Shown piece by piece: positions 21,701-32,947 of a DNA stretch of 64,000 nt. Within the stretch, counting starts at the first letter, position 1, and each line of letters opens with the position of its first letter. Below the pieces are notes generated by a model, which was given only the letters and a program-made list of their open reading frames with translations, was not told where the DNA came from and searched no databases. Source of the DNA: Oopsacas minuta (taxonomy: Eukaryota; Animalia; Porifera); contig JAKMXF010000353.1 in assembly GCA_024704765.1 (NCBI GenBank), positions 68,925 to 132,924 on the forward strand, given 5' to 3'. Made by a program: the position numbers and the translations under genes.

Positions 21701-24700
21701 ATCATCCAATACTGATGCAACCATCTGTATATTCCTCAGAGCAGTATCACACTCCTTCTGACCAGGAGCAGAGCTTGTACAAACATTAATAAGAGTATTT
21801 ATACTGTCTGTCACCAGTCTAGCTGCTGCTGCTAGCATGTGTTTAGCATTGGGTGCGTTAGGATCTGCTGCTAAAGCTTTAGCGGCTAGCAATAGTTTTG
21901 TACTAAAATAGAAATATCAAGAATAATTACAGTCGACATAAGCGGGTATTTCGGTAGAACAGGAGTTGACTGAACCTTGATATAGATATTGTCTTGAGAT
22001 AGCCTAACATCTCTTGTTGACTCTCTGCATCAGAACTACAGCTAGCTAGCTGTAATCCTGCTATCAGTAGCTCTTCATACCTCTTGCTTATTAGAGTAGC
22101 AGATGCTGCTAGTTCCTCTGATGAACCTAAATGAAGTACACAAACAATTAGAGTTTGTAAACAACAAACAACAATAATATTTAGGGAGGTAGTGGACATT
22201 TTCACCCCATCTCCCTCAAGGAGAGGAGATAATTCGACAATGTTCTTACCTTTAGATCCAACGAGCTGGGAAGCAGCTGCATTCAAATTAGCAGCAGCTT
22301 GGCTCAGATTATTCTGTAGAGCCTGGTAAGACTGATCGGGCTTCTGTCCGAATATCGAACTTTTAGGATCGATCTGCTGACTGGCCCTAGCGATGTCCTT
22401 GAGGGCTTGGTCCACGTGTTTGGGGCCTGGTAGACAGGAGACAACTTGGTTGAGGGATTGTGACACACCGCGAGCTGCTTGTGCTAGTCGAGTTTGTTTA
22501 TTCGGCAAGTTTGGATTGTCTACTGCTGCTTTAGCCTCAGCTAAAAGTAAGTTAACAATATAACAAATGTGTGTGTGTACGTACAGTCAACTCCTGTTAT
22601 ATCTAAGCTCAAGAGACCGTGATAATCAGTTTGATAAAACAGATTAAATATATGCTACTTCGACGGTTTGTGACCATATTTGTACAATTTCACGCTTCGA
22701 TAACAGCTGGCATTTGAATATATCCGTGTTAGATGTGACGGGGAGTTGACAATATAATACAAGTTCGTTTCCCATCTGCCTAGTGTAACACTATTCGACG
22801 TTCCGAAACTCACCGATGAGTAAAACGCTTTGGTCCATAACCTTCTTCGCAGCTGACAGAAGTTCATCTTGGTGTTGTTTGTCCTGATCTCCGGCGGCCA
22901 CCCCCCTGACAGAGGAGGCAAGCACCCTCAGAGCATTAGCCGTATCTCTAGCTGCTATTCCTGTATATGATTCGTTGCCCTGATTTGCTGCAGTTAAGAG
23001 TTGGGCCATGCTAGCACCAACTGTTTTAGATGTGGATCCTAGTTCCTCAGCACATTCCTTTGCTGATTCCCCTGGCAACGGGAGGAGTTTGCCAGCTGCT
23101 GCAATTTTCTGTGCTTCAACTAGATCCTAATAAATAAACAAGTAAACAAGTAAACAAATAAATACACAAATGAATAAATGAACAAATGAATGAACAGTCG
23201 AAATAAACCATTCTAGAAATTTTGGAATAAAATACACAAGAAGTTTGAAAATATGATTAATACAATAACAACACTAATGAAAATCGCACAAATGTGTGAA
23301 ACCCCAGGTGCATAACTACACTCCATAGTGCACCCATAGTCCAAGAAAATTGGACCCATATATCATACGATACACAACAAAATCACTCACCTTTCCCAAT
23401 CCTCTGATAACATCCAGTGCAGAATCTATTTCAAGAGAACCACAAACCTCAGCAGCTCTCCCTACAGCCGTCCTCAGCTCGTGTATAGCAGAAGCCGTGG
23501 CTTTTGCGAAGTTACCCAGCTGCATAGCGGCTGCTTGATCCCCGATAGTAGGGACAGCTGCTTTGGAGGTGGATATCATCTTACCAGCTGGTTGTAACAT
23601 AGATTGACTAGCATTTATTAGACCTGTTGATTGTAAATAGGAAGGTTATATGTTTGTTTGTTTGTTTGTTTGTTTGTCACTCACCAAGTTGAGCAGAGGG
23701 ACTATCAGGATTAGACATAGTAGTCTTAACAGCCTGCACTAATCTTGCAATATTATCAGCTACAACTTTACAATTAGCAATCAGCTGTTGCTGACTAGCT
23801 GAATTCCTATTGGTTGCTTCAGCTCCCTGGGCAGCTGCTATACATTGTGTACATACAGCAGCTGTTTGTTTAGCTGCTACTTCTAGTTTACGAATAACCT
23901 TCCTTTTGATTGCCTAAAGGTGTGAATATAGTCATATATTATTGACTCCATATCTACGAAATCTTTAGCAACATTTTGAATTGTTTCCCAAAGGTGTGAT
24001 ATATGATTAATCATATGATGAACAATTATACCTGTGAGGCTACTGAAGTAGTGATACTCCTCAGATCCTCAGCAGCCTTCTTCAAAGCTTCTTGAGCATT
24101 GGGGTCCTTCAGGTTCCGAGCGGACTCACTCCCAGCGGATACCATTTTAGCAGTAGCTGCTGCCAGCTGTTTTGCTGCGTCTAGAAGTCTTTGACTAGCT
24201 GATGCATCGCTCTGTTTAGACGCATCCGTCTACATGGAAATAATAATACAAACATGGAAGGTGTGGTAATATGAGTAATTTATAGATACTCGTGTGCTGA
24301 CAATTCTTAGTATTTTCACCAGAGGAAACCTGTAGAGCTATAACACACCTGCAGAGCTTTAATGAGTTCGCTAGTAGCTTGAGCTAGTCCTTGTGCTTGT
24401 TTAACCATTTGTCCAGCGTTAGGAACGGAAGAGAAGAAGTTATCATGTGCTGCTAGTATCGCCTCACAGACCTCATCATATTGTCCACCCCCTTGTCCCA
24501 TACCATGACTGATATAGTCTATCAGCTCTTTGAGAGCGGTGCTAACATTGCCAGCGGATTTTCCTAGAGACCCGAGGGCTGCTTCATCTTGAGTACACCC
24601 CTTCTGAGCTAATTCTACTAGCTTATCTACACAATAGGCTACTGCCTTGCAGGCTTCTATTAGTTGTTCCTAGGTGATTGTATATGCATATAAATTGTTG

Positions 24701-27700
24701 GTTGTTTACTTGTTTGTGTACGTACAACTAACCTGACATAGAGGACTATCAATACAAGGTACCAACACCTTAGTACAAGTAACCAGCTGTTGTGTAGCAC
24801 TAGCAGTATCTTTAGCTCCCTGAACTACATCAGCTGTTAGACTGGGATCATCACACTTAGTAGCCACGTTCTTTGCCTGCCCAATCAATTCTGTAGTTGC
24901 TGTCCCCACATGTTTAGCAAGGGCTATTATCCGTTCTTGTGTATTGGGGTCCACTTCACTCTCTCCTACGTGTTTAAGGAGATTGCCCCCTCGGTTCCCG
25001 ACATCACCTGCGGTGTCTAGAAGAGGTTTGTGGTGTCCTGTGAAAGGAGGACGTGCCTAAGAAGGTGTGATGATGTTATTAATTCCATCAGTTTGTATAT
25101 TTTGATAAATTAAGTAGAATTCAGAAATATCTGGAACGACTCAAAAACTGAAATTTTGAGGAATAAAAAAATTGACCAGGAACAGAACCGTCAAATAAAA
25201 CGTAACACCCTCGGTGGGGTTCGAACCGGGGCATCACCTGTTGGAGGAATTTCCCAGTAGCACTAGATAAATCCTGTGCAGCCTTCAGTAGGTTAGAGCC
25301 ATCTTGTCCCTCATAGGCCAAGAGGGCTGCTATCATCCTCCCGCTCTTACTGAGCTCTGTAAGATTGCTTGTTATTGTAGTAACAGCTGATCCAACAGCT
25401 GTGTAGTCTACCTCTGATACCTCACGTGTCATTGTAAGTACAGATGATGTAGCAGCTAGAAAGTAATTGAATTAAATTCCCAACAACCTCCATAAAGATC
25501 ACAATTCGGACCATGGATCATGGAAAGGGAAGTGAACTCCACATTTTTAGGTAACACAGTATTGATGATTACCTAGCATTGCTGCTAACTGTGAATTCAC
25601 ATTCTGTTTAGAAACATCCATAGTGTTCTGCTTCCAAATAATAGAAGCGGAATCTCTTCCCAAAGCTGGAAGTTCACTGGCTGTGTTCAGACTAGCGTTA
25701 ACCTGAAAAGTATAAATAGAAGTTAAGTAGGCTCAGCAAAGAACCAACCAAACAAACAAACCTGGACCAGTTTGTCCATAGCTTTATCAATATTAGCAAT
25801 GAGGGCCTGTTGTGCTTGAGTGAGAGCTCCTGGATCAGCACCCCAGGGGGCCATATGTCCATAACCTGGGACCCTACTCGTCTGAAGGTGTTGGGGACCA
25901 TCCATATGACCCCGAGAAGGGTCCCCTCCTGTCCTAGAGAATCCAGCAACTCCATCTCCTGCCAGGTTCCTCTGATCTACGTGTTGCCTCGACTAGGTGT
26001 GAAATTATGTATAATATTTAGAAATATCAAATAGTCGTGAAGTCACATTGTCTTGTGGATTATTAATGCGGGTTCCACTGTATAATCCATGGTCCGGTGA
26101 GGCGATAAGGAGAGGGTAACTAACCTGATCAACTAACTGCATCTGTGTAGCCAGCCTTGGAGCAATATTATCCTCAATCATTGTAACTTCATCATCTACG
26201 TCATGTATAAACTTCTCTGAAGCTTTCTTCTTTTTAAGAATGATATCAATATACCCGGCGATCAGCTGGGAAATCGTCTCTCCCTCTGAGGTCTGTACGG
26301 AGTAAAATGAATCATGATATTCCCCAAAATCTAGTGTGAATGAGTTCGGAGATGCCGCCCATCTTTTTACAGTAGTCAGAGGCCAAGTTGTCATTACATC
26401 TTTAGTTATCTCGTCAACTCGCATTATGCTATCTCTTGTTATTCCTATAGAGGAGAATGTTTGTTTGTTTGTTTGTTTGTTATTAGATTATGTAAATTTT
26501 CGCTAGCTTGTTTACCAGTTTGTTACAGTGCCACTTACCCAACAATCTCGGTACTAATCTATTCCTAGCCTTCATCTTCTCTTTAACAAGAAAGAATGTG
26601 ACACCATAAGTTTTAAGCGCCCTACACAGCTGTATGAATCTAAATTTAGCATCCATTTCCTTTAGTCCGTAATAGTGCTTCCATTCCTGAGCTATTAGTC
26701 TCTCTATTGTCCTTGCTTTAGCGTATTCTTTGGGGAGTATGAAGGGGAGGTTACGGATTAAGTAAGCTGGTTTGTGCTTCTCTTCGTCATAGTCACCACT
26801 CATAATCTAGATAACATAATATAGAGTAAATCAGCTGTTCCCACCACCTGGTACACCCGGTTTCATCTCGATACAAGCGGAGTAAAAGCAGGGACAGTGG
26901 AACCTCGTTAATATGAACACCAACGGACCTTCGCTCAGAGTTCGTATTAACAGGCATAGCGAACTTTCTGTGTTAAATACATTAACGAGAGACACAGTAT
27001 ACACTTAGCTCTGATTTATATAAAAAAATTCCAATTACCTGCAGTTGTAGCGCAGCAAATTTGACTGCTTCATCCTTAGTACACGGATGTGTTCCTTCTA
27101 CAATATCCTTCTGACTCTGTACATATAGCAAGCCTAGCTGAACTGGGTCATTTCCATCAACATTTTTGTCAGTGAAATAATATCGTTTCCTCAAAACTAC
27201 AACTTCCTTCTCATCGACTCCCTGGTCTCTTAAACTCTTGTCAGAGCTCAGCCATTTGAGTTCATCGTCTGTGTGTAGTTTCTGTTTCATTTGTGCCATT
27301 TTCTTAGCGTTTCTCATTGAAGGACGTTCTTTCGTGAATTTACCTTCTTCATCCTAAAATTATAATTTTTCTGTAAAAGTTTGAGAGAAAATATACATAA
27401 ACAAGTGTTTCTATCTATTTATGATCTCAGCGGGGTTCACATAATCTCACCATTTGTGAGAGGGCTACGAGGTTGGGGGCCGGGGAAAATTGTTGGGGTG
27501 AGATTCTGGAATTTAAGGAAAGAATTGACGAATATATGAGCGATGGGAACTAAACTATTATACAATAAGCTGAATAAAATAATAAACAACAAACAAACAA
27601 GTAAATAAACAAACTTACCTTGACAATAAATGAGAACTCCTCAGGATTATTCAATCCATATCTGGCGCATACTGTCTTTACCAGATCCTTAACATTCAAA

Positions 27701-28029
27701 CTGTCATCAACAATAATAGTACGAATAGTCATGTCTAATGTCTCCACGCGTAACGGCCTTTTCTTCGTACGATAATCGAGAACGGCATTGTTCTCTAACT
27801 GATAGAATTCTAGGGCCCGTGCGGATTCCAGCCAGGTCCCGAACCGGGGGTCAAGATCGTCTAACTTCAACAGACCGTAGTCATTCACGCTATCGCCAGG
27901 TTCGACTGAATCTGGGACTTTTTCTCGGATTTGTCGGCACACATCAAATACTGTCATTTGTGTGTCGAATTCTTGTTTAGTGACCTTGCTGCTACGAGCA
28001 ATGGTGATTTTGAGCGATAGCTTACCCAT
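15771..28029 (-). CDS. TLN: Talin, full length (about 27 coding exons, roughly 2550 aa by summing exons)
   Basis: Start MGKLSLKITI; FERM motifs KQKLHTDDEL.WL, YGVTFFLVKEKMK, VKRWAASPNSFTLDFG; helical-bundle rod exons in human order; C-terminal I/LWEQ (WSEGLVGAAK...LLMACRVKADP) and dimer helix KERELEAAR. ATG at 28029; acceptor near 28048 implies a 5' UTR exon. Confidence 0.97.
17810..17914. mobile_element. MITE in talin intron
   Basis: TIR CAGTAGAC...GTCTACTG, internal CGCTTAATAG shared with 3768-3836. Confidence 0.75.
21930..21972. mobile_element. 43-bp minimal MITE inside a 73-nt talin intron
   Basis: CAGTCGAC...CAGGAGTTGACTG; intron 21903-21975 defined by in-frame exon joining. Confidence 0.65.
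22584..22752. mobile_element. MITE, CAGTCAACTCC-TIR family, in talin intron
   Basis: TACAGTCAACTCCTGTTATATCTAAGCTCAAGAGACCGTGATAAT...GGGAGTTGACAA. Confidence 0.8.
26894..26962. mobile_element. Truncated MITE of the 57466-57629 family in talin intron
   Basis: CAGTGGAACCTCGTTAATATGAACACCAACGGACC...TTCGTATTAAC. Confidence 0.65.
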
Positions 28030-28184
28030 GGCAACCACGCTCTGGTATTGGAATGTGTATTACACAACTAATTAGCAACGCAGAATAAATAGCAGTAAAT
28101 AACAAAATTATTTATATCGAAGACAAGAATTATAACACAGGTATAGCTTAAACTGATAAATCGACAACAATAAACAAACAGCAA

Positions 28185-28242
28185 ACAAACAATAAACAAA
28201 CAACAAACAAACAAACAAACAAACAAACAAACAAACAAATAA
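28185..28242. repeat. (AAAC)n microsatellite
   Basis: Direct read. Similar tracts at 1365-1385, 1842-1860, 16885-16905, 23652-23676, 26460-26481, 30345-30387. Confidence 0.9.
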
Positions 28243-29409
28243 ACGCTAAATAAATAAAGAGTTCAAACATTACGTAACGCTACAAGTAGAGGGACGAGGA
28301 TGGTATGGGGAGTATGACAGCCCAATTCTGTATTAGTAAATTGGAAAAGCTTGATACAATGAGAGGGTCTCAGCATTCAGGCAATTTTGCGTTACGTAAC
28401 GTCTGAAACGGTCATTACACAAACAAACAAACAAGGCAAGTACCTCATTCAAATATAACTGACACAGTAAATAACAAAAATCAACAACAATCACCAGCTA
28501 TGAGACTATTTATTATATCATTGACGTCAATAACATCAACAAACAATAAACCAGGAAGTACAAGCTAGGATAAGGTTATGATAAATCTATGCATCTATAG
28601 CATTGCTACTATAAATTGTGTTAACTTTTGTTTATGAAAATATGTTACAAAGTAAACAAATACCCATTTACTGTGAGGGAGGATTTTGGACCCTTAGACA
28701 CCAGTAGGGGCCGTGTAAATACTCACACACCATGTTCCCATATGCAAATGTATTACCCAGTTGTCATAGTTGCCTCTAAGATAAGTGGCCACCCCTGAGG
28801 GAGGGGGCGAGTAGACAAGGGTGCAAATATTCGAGGATAGAATTGGACAATAAATCGCATCAAAAAACTGGCTACAACATTTACCTATTTTATGAAATAT
28901 ACTGGCTTCTTATATAGAAAATAGTTATGAAAGTCTATGAGAAATATTGCGATGGTTTCTATCAATTCTAATTATGAACTTTAATTAAAGTATTGAACAT
29001 TCCTTTCCTTGTTGCCATAGAAGCCAGTGAGGAATGTAGATTAATATAGAGATAGACATAATATTTTGACCAATAAGATTGCGTTGTTAAACGTTTTGGC
29101 CTCTGCTCTGGGGGGAGGTCATAAATATGCCGGGGGAGAGTACAGAGGTCGAATCTACAAGTTTGTGTATTAATAGTCCTTATAGAGTGCAAACTCCACA
29201 AACGGTGAAGCATTTTTCGGAGTCCCTGACACCAGTTTGTGGAGGTACCTGTGGGTCAAGTCAGTGGGTACACAATCGATAGACAGATATTCTTGACCCC
29301 TGGTGTTACGTTAAAGGACCTGTTACTCTTCCGTAGCTCCAAAAATGAACAGAAATCATAGAAATAAAATATCACAAATCCACACAAAAATATTTACAAA
29401 TCAAAAAAT

Positions 29410-30605
29410 TTATAATTTGGTAATTTGTGGTTGACTCAAATTTGAGCTATCCCTCTTGGCATCTGACAACCTTGGCAACCGAGATGCCATCAAAGTATGT
29501 TGATATTCTTCATAAGGATTACCTTGTATACAAATAGCTTGGAACTCTTCCTGCCGGATTGTTTGAGAGGCGAAGTCGATGTCATTATTCGCGATGGATA
29601 AACATGTCAAATTTGGCAGTGTGGATAAATCCGTGTCAATGGATTTCAAGAGATTATTATCCAGACATAACAACTGTAGATTAATCAACTTCGAAATGGC
29701 GGTCGGTAAATGTGTGATTTTATTATTAACAAGCGATAACACCTCCAAACGTGTTAATTTGAATATACACTCAGGAATAGCTGTTAACATATTTGAGCCT
29801 AGATACAGTCTAGTAACGGAGTAAAGGAATGCAAAATATGTACCGGTATCTATAGCGGTCTCTGTCAATTTATTATAAGTCAAATTAAGAGACTCCAATT
29901 TTGAGAGCTTCATCAAATCGAATAATTTCGAAAGATTCGCCAATTGGCATTTGGAAATAACTAAAGACTTTAGGCCGCTTAGAACTCCGATTTCTAACTG
30001 CATTTTGGGTAGAGATAAATTGACGTTTACGATCTCCAGGGTGTGAAGGAAACGTTTTAAACTCCAGAGATACGTAAGTGAGTGTAAATTCGAACTTGTG
30101 ACACGTACGGATGTACACATCCTGAATTTTGCGGGGAGATATGTTATCTTAACTCTTTGTTTGTCTTGGAGGATTGTTAATATTTTTTGGTGAGATAATG
30201 TGTGTACTGATTCGTCATCTAGTGATAGGATCTGATCTCCTTCAGTGAGACCTGCGATCTGTGAAATACTTCCTCTTGTTACTTTCTTAAGTACTGATAT
30301 CAGGATAGTGTCCCCGTCACTGTATTGAGCCTAGGAATAGATAGTTTGTTTGTCTGTTTGTTTGTTTGTTTGTTTGTTTGTTTGTTTACCTGTATATTTC
30401 TGAGTGAGAACCCCCATTTAGCATCACTACTTGCCCCTCTATCTAACTCTACATTCCTAACGCGTAATAACAGTGGGAGACGTCCATACTCGGGTGGACT
30501 AAAGAATGATCGTCTATCTGTCGGGGATAGATGGTTATTAAGATCAAGGATCTGTTTCTTGGAAAATGAATCTGATTGTCCAATTTTACCTCGACTGGCT
30601 GACAT
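29410..30605 (-). CDS. PDZ domain followed by leucine-rich repeats (about 378 aa, two coding exons)
   Basis: Exon 30605-30390, 59-nt GT-AG intron 30389-30331, exon 30330-29410 in frame. PDZ: WGFSL loop, AGLTEGDQILSL, TLSHQKILTIL. LRRs LESLNLTYNKL, VTRLYLGSNML, LEVLSLVNNKI, LQLLCLDNNLL, LTCLSIANNDI. The start could lie further upstream. Confidence 0.8.
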
Positions 30606-30694
30606 AATATATCTAATTATGAATAAGATTCTAAGAACATGCCGAATATAAGCAGCATCCTCGGGAAACCCGTTCTCTTCAATTCCTGTATATT

Positions 30695-30752
30695 TATACC
30701 GGTTATAAGAACATGTATTGCAGCTCCAAAGGGTGTTCTTATAACCGGTATA
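30695..30752. repeat. Perfect 19-bp inverted repeat with 20-nt spacer
   Basis: TATACCGGTTATAAGAACA / TGTTCTTATAACCGGTATA; same motif is the subterminal repeat of the 59503-59722 MITE. Confidence 0.85.
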
Positions 30753-30948
30753 CACATTGTAATCAAATTCGTATATTGAGGAACTGGTAAGAGCTACAAA
30801 CTTGAAACTCGGCAATAGAGTGTCTAATAAAACTTCATCAAATCACTCAAATATTTGTGATATTTCTAAACTCTCAGTAAAAAGTTGGCAACCGTTGGGT
30901 TAAATGGAATGTAAAAAATGGCCTCATAAAATAAAGTATAAAATATAT

Positions 30949-32422
30949 TTAAAACTTCAACCAATCTTTTAAATACAGACAACTATTAGGAGAAATATTA
31001 CCTACATCTTGACACCTATCAATTAGCGAACACATAACACAAGGTGTGAAAGTAATACCAGCTGGTAACTGCTTTGTCAATTTAATTTCCTTAGCTCGAT
31101 ACTTAAATATCTCTGTTACACTCCCGTTGTCAAGAGGAATAACTAATATATCCAATTCAAGTTTGCCTTCATCATGTAAAGCTTGTAATACTAAATCAAG
31201 CCTTCCCTTGGTAACGCGAAAGGACAATGGAATGTGTGCGGCTTTCATAGCTAAAATATCTTCACTTGAGAAATATTTATGTGTATTGTCTTTGAGCTGT
31301 CCAAGTAACAGTTTATGCATATGTAGGAATAACACGTCTAGCTCATCCATGGTTAATGGCTTTTCCCGATTAATGAGAGATGGATCAGGGTCGAAATTTG
31401 AAAGTAGGTAGACCTTGGATCGGACCCCTGTGACGTCAGGGAGTTTTATCGATTGTGCTAATCCCTGTTTCTCTAAATATTTTAGAATCTTTGTAACCTA
31501 AATATAAATACAATCAACTCCTGTTATATCTGAGCTCAAGGGACCGTGATAATTACTTCGATATGCCCAATAGGATATATGTTACTTTGACGGTTTGTGA
31601 CTGTATTCGACGAAGTAGGCGGCAAAACCTGGGGGGCGATGTCCGATTGGACCAATTATTGGACTCTCTGACACCAGCTGAAAAGGTGTAGAAATGGCAT
31701 GACTAGATATCTAGAAATAATGTGGCCAAACAGTGATAAATGCCAAATTTCAACACGATAGCTCTCCCTTTTTAATCTCCGTGTACAGCTCAACCTCGTC
31801 GGGACCTGTCAAAAGCGTCCGTATAATCTAGGTCCTTATACATAGCAGGATAGGACCGGCGAGACCAGAGGGACAAGTCTAGATAATCGAGGTTCTTACC
31901 TGTACTTGTGGCAGACTCGTTTTCCTTCTTACATCTATACTAACCATCCCTTTACCTTTAACAGATTCTAAAGTCTTATATACTAACATCTGTTCGACAT
32001 CTAGTGAACGGAGCTCTGTATTTAGTTCCGCATTCAAGTTTATTATTTCTTTTAATCTGTTTTAACAAGTAAATAATAAACTCCAACCCGACAAACTGTT
32101 AAAAAGGTGTGAAAATATGATTAATCTTATGATAAATAACAATTGAGTAACAACTAACAAGACAGCTTTACCTGTATACCAAAGTTGACCCTTGTTTACA
32201 AAGTTCTAGTTTCCCATTCGCTAGTAGTTTATTTATGACTTTCATTCGGATGGTAGGGGCCAGATCTGGTTGATCCTCTCGTATGTGTCGCTCTGTGATT
32301 CCCTTGAGATTCTCGTGACACAATTCTAACACCCTTTTCTCTAGCATGTTTAGAATTTCAGGATTATCTTCTTGGATTTCTGAGATTATCTCGTTTTTAA
32401 ATGATATTTTTGCTACTGCCAT
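30949..32422 (-). CDS. POLR3F: RNA polymerase III subunit RPC6 (C39/C34), three coding exons
   Basis: Winged-helix segments KVINKLLANGKLEL and LVYKTLESVKGKG...DVRRKTSL; C-terminal 4Fe-4S motif PCVMC..IDRC...ISPNSCLYLKDWLKF; exons about 32422-32173, 32062-31901, 31498-30949. Confidence 0.93.
31512..31610. mobile_element. Partial MITE, CAGTCAACTCC-TIR family, in POLR3F intron
   Basis: TCAACTCCTGTTATATCTGAGCTCAAGGGACCGTGATAATTACTTCGATATG. Confidence 0.75.
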
Positions 32423-32779
32423 TCACAGATATATTCTAACTACTGAAGTGAAGCTATATTTGCAATATCAATGATGGTGGAGTATTCGAATAGGGAATTT
32501 CGAAAAAGTTGAGATTTTTCAAAAAATTTGTAATTTGTAAACATTTGAAAAATTATGTCTTACATTATTTACAAAAAATTTCAAAAATCTCACGTATTTT
32601 AATTTTGCTGCGTCATCAACACCTTGTCACTTTTTCAAAAAGAATAATTCACAATTTTTCAGGAACTGGTAAGAGCTACAAACTTGAAACTGCCACGGAG
32701 TGTTGCCAGATTACGAACAAACTATATTACACGTGTATTAATAAGTACCCATAGCAAGCACCTTCAATATTCTCTAGAC

Positions 32780-32905
32780 GAATATAACAGATTACGAGAA
32801 ATACATAGTTGTGCGACAATTTCAAAATTGCATACCGTAAATCCATTCCTTGACAACGGACAAACAAACAAACAGAGAAACAACAATTGAGATTTAATCT
32901 AGATC
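32780..32905 (+). mobile_element. Non-autonomous repeat with AAAC microsatellite tail (Helitron/HINE-like, inferred)
   Basis: Reverse complement of 55535-55625; related tails near 46940 and 56000 (CGGACAAACAAAC...ACAATTGAGATTTAAT). Confidence 0.55.
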
Positions 32906-32947
32906 TTGTAAGAAATCCTTTAAGTAAATAAACTTCTAGATAACAAC

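Noticed and set aside
28968-29213. 81-aa minus-strand ORF downstream of PDZ-LRR
   Set aside because: TTG start, no motif, and I found no in-frame splice from the LRR exon.
29283-29336. Kringle-like PWCYV on the plus strand, with GEYRG nearby
   Set aside because: No CRNPD or other kringle cysteines; stops on both sides and no consistent splice path.
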